64,000 nt of DNA from Terriglobia bacterium (lineage in GTDB: Bacteria > Acidobacteriota > Polarisedimenticolia > Polarisedimenticolales > JAIQFR01), in the NCBI GenBank assembly GCA_963748015.1, contig CAVVHE010000004.1, forward strand, positions 1,504,001 to 1,568,000, read 5' to 3'. The notes under the pieces are model-generated. The model ran no database searches and was not told the DNA's origin. It worked only from the letters and a program-made list of their open reading frames with translations. How positions within the stretch are numbered: position 1 is the first letter of the stretch; every line of letters begins with the position of its first letter. Made by a program: the position numbers and the translations under genes. This document shows positions 55,709 through 64,000 of this stretch, piece after piece.

Positions 55709-57112
55709 ATGGCAAGCGAAGCGAAGTACGACGTCACGATCATCGGCAGCGGTCCGGGCGGGTACGTCGCGGCCATCCGCGCCGCGCAGCTCGGGTTCAA
55801 GACCGCCGTCGTCGAGAAGGCGCCCCTGCCCGGCGGAACCTGCCTTCACTGGGGATGCATCCCCACGAAGGCGTTGCTCCACACGGCCGAGGTCCTCGAC
55901 ACCGCCCGCCACGCGTCGCCTTTCGGCGTGAAGGTGGCGGGGGCGGAGCTCGACCTCGCCGCCGCGCAGCGCTACAAGGACAAGACGGTCACCGTGAACG
56001 CCAAGGGGGTCGAGTACCTCTTCAAGAAGAACGGTGTCGCGCTGATCCGCGGCCGCGGCCGCCTCGCGGGTCCCGGAAAGGTCGAGGTGCGCCCGCCGGA
56101 AGGAGACCCGTACACCGTCTCCACGCGCTTCGTCGTTCTCGCCACCGGGTCGGCGATCCGGGGCCTCCCGGGAATCGAGTTCGACGGCGAGCGGATCATC
56201 CACTCGGATCACGCGCTCTCCCTGACGCGCGTCCCCGCCTCGCTCGTGGTGCTCGGGGCCGGCGCCGTCGGCGTCGAGTTCGCGTCCATCTACGCGTCCT
56301 TCGGCGCGAAGGTCACGGTCGTCGAGATCCTCCCCCGCCTCGTGCCGCTCGAGGACGCGTCGCTCGGCGAGGAGCTCGAGAAGGCGTTCAGGAAGCGCGG
56401 CATCGACGTGCACGTAGGGACGAAGGTCGAGAAGGTCTCCAAGGAGGACGGGAAGCTCCGCATCCACGCCTCGAAGGCCGGGGCGCCGGTCGAGATCGAG
56501 GCGGAGACGCTCCTGGTCGCGGTCGGACGCCGCCCGGTCACGGAGGACCTGGGCCTCGAGGGAACGCGCGTGAAGCTCGACCGCGGCTACCTCGAGGTGG
56601 ACGCGATGATGCGCACGGGCGAGCCGGGCGTCTACGCGATCGGCGACATCGTCAAGACGCAGGCCCTGGCGCACGTCGCCTCGCACGAGGGAGTCGTGGC
56701 GGTCGAGCACGCGGCAGGGCGGAATCCGCACGCGGTGGACTACGACCGCATCCCGTCGTGCACGTACTGCCAGCCCGAGGTGGCCTCGATCGGCCTCTCC
56801 GAGGAGGAGGCGCGGAAGCGCGGCCACGACGTGGTCGTCGGGACGTTCCCGTTCTCGGCCATCGGCAAGGCCAAGATCATCGGCGACACCCGCGGCTTCG
56901 TGAAGATCGTCTCCGAAAAGAAGTACGACGAGGTGCTCGGTGTCCACATCATCGGCCCGCACGCCACCGAGCTGATCGCCGAGGCGACCGCGGCCTTGAA
57001 CCTCGAAGCCACCGCCGAGTCGCTGTTCCACGCCGTGCACGCCCACCCCACGCTGGCCGAGGCGATGGGAGAAGCGGCGCTGGCGGTCCACGGCCGGGCG
57101 ATCCACATCTGA
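55709..57112 (+). CDS. lpdA: Dihydrolipoyl dehydrogenase (E3)
   Basis: GSGPGGYVAAIRAAQLG, GGTCLHWGCIPTK, GAGAVGVE, HAHPTLAE. Confidence 0.96.
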   Translation: MASEAKYDVTIIGSGPGGYVAAIRAAQLGFKTAVVEKAPLPGGTCLHWGCIPTKALLHTAEVLDTARHASPFGVKVAGAELDLAAAQRYKDKTVTVNAKGVEYLFKKNGVALIRGRGRLAGPGKVEVRPPEGDPYTVSTRFVVLATGSAIRGLPGIEFDGERIIHSDHALSLTRVPASLVVLGAGAVGVEFASIYASFGAKVTVVEILPRLVPLEDASLGEELEKAFRKRGIDVHVGTKVEKVSKEDGKLRIHASKAGAPVEIEAETLLVAVGRRPVTEDLGLEGTRVKLDRGYLEVDAMMRTGEPGVYAIGDIVKTQALAHVASHEGVVAVEHAAGRNPHAVDYDRIPSCTYCQPEVASIGLSEEEARKRGHDVVVGTFPFSAIGKAKIIGDTRGFVKIVSEKKYDEVLGVHIIGPHATELIAEATAALNLEATAESLFHAVHAHPTLAEAMGEAALAVHGRAIHI

Positions 57113-57137
57113 CCCTGGGACCGCGAGGAGGACCGAG

Positions 57138-58434
57138 ATGCGCGTCGACGTCGTCATGCCCCAGATGGGCGAATCGATCGCCGAGGGAACCATCACCCGG
57201 TGGATGAAGAAGCCGGGAGAGGCGGTCCGGCGCGACGAGCCGCTGTTCGAGATCTCCACCGACAAGGTGGACGCGGAGATCCCCTCCCCCGCCGCCGGAA
57301 CGCTCGTCGAGGTGCTTCACCGGGAGGGCGAGACGGTGCCGGTGAACCAGGTCGTCGGCGTGATCGAGACGGAGGCGGGCGCCGCCGTCTCCCCGCCGGA
57401 GCCCGCCGCGGCCAAGGCGCCCGAGCCCGCTCCCGCGAGGCCCGCCGCCGCGCCGGCCCCTCCCCCCGCGGCTCCGGCCCCGGCCGCGGCCGCCCCGGGC
57501 GAGCCGCGCGCCTTCGTCTCGCCGGTCGTGCGGAAGATCGCGGACGAGCACGGTGTCGATCCCTCGCGGGTCCCGGGCACCGGCGCCGGCGGCCGCGTGA
57601 CCAAGAAGGACATCCTCGACTTCGTCGCGTCGGGAGCCGCGCCACGCGCGGCCTCCGCCCCGGCTCCGGCCCCCGCCGCCGCGGCTCCTCACGCCACCGG
57701 AGTGCCCGCGGCTCCCCCCGGGCCGGCGTTCGCCCCGGGATCGAGGGAGCAGCGGGTCGCGATGACCCCGATGCGGAAGAAGATCGCGGAGCACATGGTC
57801 GAGTCCAAGCGGACGTCGGCCCACGTCCACTCGGTCTTCGAGGTGGACATGAGCGCGGATCGTCAGGCTGCGCGAGGACAACGTCGATACCTACGCGGAG
57901 CGTCACGGCGTCCGCCTGACCTACATGCCGTTCTTCATCAAGGCGGCGTGCGACGCCCTGCGCGCGTACCCGATCCTCAACGTCTCGGTCGAGGGAGACG
58001 AGATCGTCTACCACAAGGACCTCAACGTCGGGATCGCGGTCGCGCTCGAGTGGGGGCTCATCGTCCCCGTGATCCGCAACGCCGACGAGCTGTCCATCGC
58101 CGGCCTCGCCCGGAAGGTCAACGACGTGGCCGAGCGCGCGCGCTCCAAGAAGCTGAACCCGGACGAGGTCCACGGCGGGACCTTCACGGTCACCAACTTC
58201 GGGATCTTCGGCGGGTTGTTCGGGCTCCCGCTCATCAACCAGCCGCAGGTGGCGATCCTGGGGACCGGCGGGATCCAGAAGCGGCCGGTCGTCGTCAACG
58301 ACGCGATCGCGATCCGCTCGATGATGTACCTCGCCCTCTCCTTCGACCACCGCGTCGTGGACGGCGCGGTCGCCGACCAGTTCCTGGCGACGATCCAGCG
58401 CTCCCTCGAGGGCTTCGACGAGTCCCTGCTCTAG
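57138..58434 (+). CDS. 2-oxoacid dehydrogenase E2 dihydrolipoamide acyltransferase (SucB-like; frameshift near 57858)
   Basis: Lipoyl domain STDKVDAE, E3-binding GTGAGGRVTKKD, catalytic domain GGTFTVTN...FDHRVVDGA in ORF 57925-58434. Confidence 0.92.
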
Positions 58435-58485
58435 CCCCTCTCGGACTGCGGAGTCGCGAGTGGCGAATCGCCCGAAGCGCCGGGG

Positions 58486-58644
58486 CGGCCCCCGCTCGGT
58501 CGGAGAGTGTCCTCCCCGGGGCACGCCGCGGCGGCGGACGTCGCGTCCGCCGCCTTGCTCCGGTTTCGCTCGCTCCGGTCCGGCAGGGCCTCCGCGAGCG
58601 AAACAGGGCCCCGGGGAGGACACTCTCCGACCGAGCGGGGGCCG
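58486..58644. repeat. Long palindromic element 1 between E2 and lipB
   Basis: 37-bp perfect inverted repeat (58486-58522 / 58608-58644) with inner arm GTTTCGCTCGC / GCGAGCGAAAC. Confidence 0.8.
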
Positions 58645-58668
58645 GAGATGACGTCGAGATCACCCGGA

Positions 58669-58826
58669 GCCCTCGGCGCGGCTCCGGGCAGGGTCTCGCG
58701 GGCCTCTCTCGCCCTGCGAGCACCCACCGGAGCGCAGCCGGGCGAGAGCGGAGCGAGCGAGACGGACGCAACGTCCGTCGAGCGAGCGTGCCCAGGAGAG
58801 ACCCTGCCCGGAGCCGCGCCGAGGGC
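58669..58826. repeat. Long palindromic element 2 between E2 and lipB
   Basis: 29-bp perfect inverted repeat (58669-58697 / 58798-58826). Confidence 0.8.
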
Positions 58827-58835
58827 GGAGCCCGC

Positions 58836-59549
58836 ATGAGCTCACGATCGAGAATGGAGGTGAGGTGGCTCGGCACGGTGGCGTATGCCGAGGCGGCGGC
58901 GTTGCAGGCGGCGCTGGTCGAGGCGCGCCGGCGCGGGGAGGCGACGGACACGCTGCTGCTGCTGGAGCACCCCCCGGTGATCACGCTCGGGCGGTCGGCG
59001 CGGCGCGAGCACGTCCTCGTGGACGACGGCCGGCGCGAGGCGCTGGGGATCGAGCTGCACGAGAGCGGCCGCGGCGGCGACGTGACGTACCACGCGCCGG
59101 GGCAGCTCGTCGGCTACCCGATCCTGGCGCTGCCGGAAGGGCGGCGGGACGCGCACCTCTATCTCAGGAGCCTCGAGGAGGCGCTGATCCTGACCGCGGC
59201 GGACTACGGCGTCCGCGCGGCGAGGCGCGAGGGCTTGACCGGCATCTGGGTCGGCGAGCGGAAGCTGGCCGCGATCGGGGTCCGGATCGGAACCGGGTGG
59301 ATCACGTCCCACGGCTTCGCGCTCAACGTCACGACCGATCTCGCGGGTTTCGAGACCATCGTTCCCTGCGGCCTCGAGGATCGCGGCGTGACGTCGCTCG
59401 CCGAGCTGACCGGCAGGCGCATTCCGCTGCGGGAGGCGGCGGCCAGGATCGCCGCGCGCGCCGGCGAGGTGTTCGGTCTCGAGGTCGTGCCGGCCGAGGA
59501 TCCGTCCGAGCGGTTGGCGCCCCGCGCGGTGGACGGGCTATCCTCGTGA
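58836..59549 (+). CDS. lipB: Lipoyl(octanoyl) transferase
   Basis: LLEHPPVITLG, RGGDVTYHAPGQLVGYP, KLAAIG, HGFALNV, IVPCG. Confidence 0.95.
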   Translation: MSSRSRMEVRWLGTVAYAEAAALQAALVEARRRGEATDTLLLLEHPPVITLGRSARREHVLVDDGRREALGIELHESGRGGDVTYHAPGQLVGYPILALPEGRRDAHLYLRSLEEALILTAADYGVRAARREGLTGIWVGERKLAAIGVRIGTGWITSHGFALNVTTDLAGFETIVPCGLEDRGVTSLAELTGRRIPLREAAARIAARAGEVFGLEVVPAEDPSERLAPRAVDGLSS

Positions 59550-59580
59550 TTCGTTCCCCGGGCGCCCGGCGGAACGCCCG

Positions 59581-60492
59581 ATGAGGCATCCCATGAGCCC
59601 AGGCAAGCCGGGGACGCGTCCCCACTGGCTGAAGATACGTCTCAGGACCGACGAGGACTACCGGCGCGTCCGGTCTCTCGTGGGCGAGCTGAAGCTGAAC
59701 ACCGTCTGCACGGAAGCCCGCTGTCCGAACATCTACGAGTGCTGGAACGCCGGGACGGCGACCTTCATGATCCTCGGCGACACCTGCACCCGGTCGTGCG
59801 GCTTCTGCTCGGTGAACAGCGGGCGGCCGGCCCCGGGGGTGGACACGGACGAGCCGGCCCGGGTAGCGGACGCGGTGGCGCGCCTCGGGCTCCGGCACGC
59901 GGTGATCACCAGCGTGGACCGGGACGACCTCGAGGACGGCGGTGCCACGCATTTCCGCGACGTGATCCTGGCGATCCGTGCCCGCGTCCCGGCCTGCGCC
60001 GTCGAGGTCCTGACTCCGGACTTCAAGAACATCCCGGGCGCCCTCGACCGGGTGCTCGAGGCGAGGCCGGAGGTGTTCGCCCACAACGTGGAAACCGTGC
60101 CGAGGCTCTACCGGACGGCGCGGCGCGGGTCGAGCTACGAAGGCTCGGTCGCGCTGCTCGCGGCGGCGGCCGCGCGGCGCGATGCCGCGTTCCCCTCGAT
60201 GCGGGTCAAGTCGAGCGTGATGCTCGGGCTCGGCGAGCAGGACGAAGAGGTCCTTGCCGTGATGGCCGATCTCAGGCGAGCCCGGGTCGACGTGCTCACG
60301 CTCGGCCAGTACCTGCAGCCGACCCTCAAGCATCTCCCCGTCGAGCGCGTCCTCGATCCTTCCGAGTTCGATCGGTACCGCGCGCTCGGTATGGAGATGG
60401 GGTTCCTGCACGTCGAGTCGGGGCCGCTCGTGCGCTCGTCGTACCACGCCGAGCGCCACGGACCCTCGCTGCCGACCGTTTCGGGGTCGTGA
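59581..60492 (+). CDS. lipA: Lipoyl synthase
   Basis: CTEARCPNIYEC, CTRSCGFC, HNVETV, GQYLQP, VRSSYHA. Confidence 0.96.
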   Translation: MRHPMSPGKPGTRPHWLKIRLRTDEDYRRVRSLVGELKLNTVCTEARCPNIYECWNAGTATFMILGDTCTRSCGFCSVNSGRPAPGVDTDEPARVADAVARLGLRHAVITSVDRDDLEDGGATHFRDVILAIRARVPACAVEVLTPDFKNIPGALDRVLEARPEVFAHNVETVPRLYRTARRGSSYEGSVALLAAAAARRDAAFPSMRVKSSVMLGLGEQDEEVLAVMADLRRARVDVLTLGQYLQPTLKHLPVERVLDPSEFDRYRALGMEMGFLHVESGPLVRSSYHAERHGPSLPTVSGS

Positions 60493-61122
60493 TCAGGGCT
60501 TGGCCGGCGGGGTCTCCGGGGGAGGCGAGAGCTGCTGGGTTCCGAGCGGGCGCCCGTCCAGGAGCGCGTTCACGTCGTTCACGAGCCCTTCCGTCTGCGA
60601 CGGCGTCGCCCCGACGTACTTCCTCAGGATCTTCCCGTTGCGTCCCACCAGGAACGTCGTGGGCACGGTCGATATCCCGCCCCACTTGCGGGACGTGTCG
60701 GGGCTCTCGTGGATCACGGGGTACTCGACCTTGAGATCCGCGATGAAGCGTCGCGACGCGTCGAGGTTCAGGTTGACCGGCCCCTCGTCCACCTCGACGC
60801 CCCAGACCGCGAGGCCATCCTTCGCGCGCGCCGCGTGGAGGCCCTGGAGGACGGGCATCTCGGCCTTGCACGGCACGCACCACGTCGCCCAGAAGCTCAC
60901 GACGTTGACCGCGTGCTCGCTCCATCGCACGATCGCGGGGGCGCCGTCGAGAGTCGTCCCCGAGAGCTCGGGCGCGGGATCCCCCGGGGCGAGCGCGACG
61001 CTCGGTACCTCGTAGGTGATCTGGTCGGGTTTCGGGAGGGTGGGCGATCGGCGCGGGCCAGGAGCCTGCGCGAGCGCCGGAAAGGCCAGAACGAGCGACA
61101 GCGCCAGCCAGTATCGCCTCAT
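60493..61122 (-). CDS. TlpA family thiol-disulfide oxidoreductase, exported
   Basis: Signal peptide (ALA-Q), FWATWCVPCKAEMP, VPTTFLV. Confidence 0.9.
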   Translation of the reverse strand: MRRYWLALSLVLAFPALAQAPGPRRSPTLPKPDQITYEVPSVALAPGDPAPELSGTTLDGAPAIVRWSEHAVNVVSFWATWCVPCKAEMPVLQGLHAARAKDGLAVWGVEVDEGPVNLNLDASRRFIADLKVEYPVIHESPDTSRKWGGISTVPTTFLVGRNGKILRKYVGATPSQTEGLVNDVNALLDGRPLGTQQLSPPPETPPAKP

Positions 61123-61210
61123 GATCGGCCCCGGAGGGCGTCTCGCGCGGCGTTCCGCCGGAGGCGTCGCGCGAGGCTCCCGCGAATCGGATGGGAAGTA
61201 CGTCTCGATT

Positions 61211-61286
<76 letters not shown>

Positions 61287-61388
61287 ACGCCGCAAGCCGG
61301 AACTCCAGCCCCCCAACCCGATCCACCGAATGGAGGCCACCCTCGGGCCCCGGCAAGCGTTTCAAATTACCGCAACGAGGGCGGTGCG

Positions 61389-61847
61389 TCAACTCCGGCG
61401 CGCCCGGCGCCCCGCGGGCGCCCGATCGCCCCACAGGCCGAGACGGAACGCGTCCCGGACGTGACGCGCCACGAGGACGCCGTCTTCCCCGGGCAGGACC
61501 TCGACGACGTCGAATCTGCACGGCGGGGGATCGCCGCCGGCCGCGGCGAGGAAGACCCGCGCCGCGCGCACCATGTGCTCGCGCTTGCGCGCGGTGACCG
61601 CCTCGGCCGGGCTCCCGAAAGCGGTGCCGCGACGGGTCTTCACCTCCGCGAAGACGACGACGCGGCCGTCGAGGGCGACGAGGTCGATCTCCCCCGCCCT
61701 GCAGCGGAAGCGGCGCGCCAGAATCGTCAGGCCGGCGCGGGAGAGCGCCCTCTCCGCCTCCGCCTCCCCGGCGGCCCCGAGCCGCTGCCGCGGGTCCCGC
61801 GAGGGGGCGTTCGCCGCCGTCGGCCGTACCCCGGAGCTCCTGGACAC
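61389..61847 (-). CDS. yraN: YraN/UPF0102 family putative endonuclease
   Basis: LGAAGEAEA, GEIDLVA, VFAEVKTR, PAEAVT, CRFDVV; own SD (CAGGAGA) before GTG 61847. Confidence 0.88.
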   Translation of the reverse strand: MSRSSGVRPTAANAPSRDPRQRLGAAGEAEAERALSRAGLTILARRFRCRAGEIDLVALDGRVVVFAEVKTRRGTAFGSPAEAVTARKREHMVRAARVFLAAAGGDPPPCRFDVVEVLPGEDGVLVARHVRDAFRLGLWGDRAPAGRRARRS

Positions 61848-61926
61848 GAGGTGTCTCCTGCGCGAGCTTCCGGGACGCGGTCGGACGGGGGCCGTCCTGG
61901 AAACGCAGCGAGGAGGCGTGGGGCCC

Positions 61927-63329
61927 TTAAGCCGAGAGGGGGTGCGGGACCGCTTCCAGCGAACGCCCTGCGGCGTGTCCTCGAGGAGGATACCGCGACC
62001 GACCAGCTCCCCGCGGAGACGGTCGGCCTCGGCGAAGTCGCGGGACTTTCGAGCCGCGGTGCGGCGCGAGATGAGGTCCTCGACCTCGGCGTCGAGGATC
62101 TCCGCCTCGCGCTCCATCACCCCCAGCACGCCGTCCCACCGGCGGAGCGTCCGTCGCAGCGCCTCCCGCGACGCTTCGGGCAGCTCTCCCCGGTCCATGG
62201 CCGAGTGACCCTCCCGGACGACCCGGAAGAGCGCCGCGAGCGCCCCGCTGACGTTGAGGTCGGCCGCGAGGGCCCCGTCGAACTCGACCGAGGCCGCGGC
62301 CAGCTTCTCCTCGAGCTCGGGATTCGCGCCCGGCGCCGCGGGCTCCCGCTCGAGCCGGGCGAGGAAGTCGTCCACCCGCGTCAACTCGGCCGCGCTCTGC
62401 GCCAGGGCGTCGAAGGTGAAGTTCAGCGAGCTGCGGTAGTGGGCGGAAAGCAGCAGGAAACGGATCGCCCGCGGATCGTTCCCGCGAGAGAGGAGATCGC
62501 GGAGCGTGTGGAAGTTCCCCTTGGACTTCGCCATCTTCTCCCCGTCCACCATCAGGTGGGCGGCGTGCATCCAGTGCTTGACGAAGGGGTGAAGGGTCGC
62601 GCACTCGCTCTGCGCGATCTCGTTCTCGTGGTGAGGGAAGATGTTGTCCACGCCGCCGGTGTGGAGGTCGAAGCTCTCTCCGAGGTACTTCATGCTCATC
62701 GCGGAGCACTCGAGGTGCCACCCCGGGCGGCCGCGGCCGAACGGGGAATCCCAGGACGGCTCGCCCGGCCGCTCCCCCTTCCAGAGGACGAAGTCGCGCG
62801 CGTCCTCCTTCTCGTACTCGTCGCTGTCCACGCGGGCGCCGACCCGGATCTCGCGGCGGTCGAGGCCGGACAGGCGACCGTACCCCGCGAACGAGGCGAT
62901 ACGGAAGTAGAGCGATCCCTGGCTCTCGTAGGTGTGGCCGTTGTCGCGGAGACGCTCGGCGATCGCGATCATCTCCGCGATGTGCTCCGTCGCGCGGGGA
63001 TAGTGCTCCGCGCGCTCGATCCCCAGCGCGTCGAGGTCCTCGAAGAACGCCGCGATGAACGGGGCGGTGACGTCGCCGAGGGATGCGCCGGACGCCATGG
63101 CCTTCGCGATGATCTTGTCCTCGATGTCGGTGATGTTCATGACCTGCGTCACCCTGTAGCCCAGGTGCCGCAGGGTCCGCCGCAACAGGTCCTCCCACAC
63201 GTAGGTACGGAAGTTCCCGATGTGGGCGTAGTCGTACACGGTCGGGCCGCAGGTGTACAGGCGGACGTGTCCGGCCTCGAGGGGCTCGAGCGTTTCGAGG
63301 CGGCGGGTCATGGTGTCGTGGATCTGCAC
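61927..63329 (-). CDS. cysS: Cysteine--tRNA ligase (3' end approximate; reads in frame into yraN as sequenced)
   Basis: YTCGPTVYDYAHIGN, DFVLWK, GRPGWHLECSAM, FPHHENE, KMAKS, ADRLRGEL...LEDT...W. Confidence 0.96.
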
Positions 63330-63459
63330 GGAGAATCCCCCGCGGTGCGCGTCGGGGCCGCTTCCGGCAGCCCGTCCGGGTTCCCGTGGCTCCCGCGCGT
63401 GGACCCGGGCGGGCTCCTCGGGCCGAAACGAGGCATTCTAGCGGGGCCCCGCTCCGGGT

Positions 63460-64000
63460 TCAATCGGCGATGCGGAAGCGCCCCTCGGTGGTCGTGCGGC
63501 TGCCGGTGATGCGGTCGACGAGGTCGATCGCCACCCGGTAGTCTCCAGGCGGCCAGTCGTCCACGGGCAGCGTCAGGCCCATGGACTCTCCCGCCGCCCC
63601 TCGGACCTCGGCGGGCTGGCCATGGCGCACGAACTTCCTCGATCCCGCCCGCTCGAACCGGAACTTCACATCGAGGTGGGGCCGCCGGCTCGCGGGGTCG
63701 CGCGCGGCTCCGTAGACCTGGAAGTAGACCCGCAGCTGCTCGCCGTGATGAAAGATCGCGCCGGGCTTGGGGACGACTTCCTCGGACCCGACGGCATAGG
63801 GCGAGCGCTGGCCCTCGACAACCGGGCCGAAGCGCTCCGCCGGGACCACGGTGCTCGCGGCGAGCTCGCCCAGGGGGATGTCCGGCACCGTGAGGGCGAC
63901 GTTCCGGATCGCCAGGGACTTGCCCACACGGTCCTCGACGGCGTAGCGCGCCCCGTACGCTCCCGGCTCGAGGTAAGCCCTCCCCGTGAAGACCATCGTC
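63460..64000 (-). CDS. C-terminal part of a large protein, resembling the Ig-like C-terminus of GWxTD-domain proteins; truncated by window edge
   Basis: LEPGAYGAR, VVPKPGAIF...LRVYFQVYG, WPPGDYRVAIDLVD. Confidence 0.55.
   Translation of the reverse strand, partial: TMVFTGRAYLEPGAYGARYAVEDRVGKSLAIRNVALTVPDIPLGELAASTVVPAERFGPVVEGQRSPYAVGSEEVVPKPGAIFHHGEQLRVYFQVYGAARDPASRRPHLDVKFRFERAGSRKFVRHGQPAEVRGAAGESMGLTLPVDDWPPGDYRVAIDLVDRITGSRTTTEGRFRIAD

Noticed and set aside
53118..58826. CRISPR array or tandem repeat-spacer structure in the repeat-rich intergenic regions
   Set aside because: The repeats are inverted arms of single hairpins, not direct repeats with unique spacers; no cas genes in the window.
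57138..59549. Apparent 803-aa E2-LipB fusion
   Set aside because: Produced by the E2 frameshift near 57858 running through the palindromic spacer; the E2 catalytic domain ends at 58434 in another frame.

Overview
GC-rich (roughly 70%) bacterial chromosomal window, most likely from an Acidobacteriota-type diderm. This is an inference from gene content: a GWxTD-like protein, carboxypeptidase-regulatory-domain proteins, and a Cys-Pro-terminated secreted-protein tail. Many conserved genes carry single-base frameshifts, which looks like long-read/MAG indel error rather than decay. 1-30.6 kb is a Wzy-dependent surface-glycan locus: wzy, GT2/GT4/CgeB-type glycosyltransferases, a PglC/D/E/F-like set, rmlD, an outer-membrane beta-barrel, short wza, wzc and an O-antigen-ligase-TPR fusion. 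It is interrupted by an S8 protease, a VapBC module, YceI, and two radical SAM/SPASM genes flanking an unannotated 31-aa CxC peptide ORF (candidate new RiPP system, the top finding). 31-40 kb holds rarA, small proteins, and an operon of a helical Lys-terminated lipoprotein with two different L,D-transpeptidase-family enzymes plus a catalytically dead homologue, behind a long structured leader (candidate Lpp-analogous envelope tether system). 40-46 kb is a plastic region with a 166-bp MITE, Hsp20, an OMP, gene relics, and a glycoside-hydrolase-like gene bracketed by a 175-bp duplication of the nuoI 3' end. 46-64 kb is housekeeping: nuoI, a FadF-like Fe-S protein, RNase II family, CoxE/CoxD-like VWA/MoxR, MidA-family methyltransferase, nuoB, lpdA, E2, lipB, lipA, TlpA, tRNA-Gly, yraN and cysS, with several long intergenic palindromes. 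All family assignments come from motif recognition by eye; no database searches were run.
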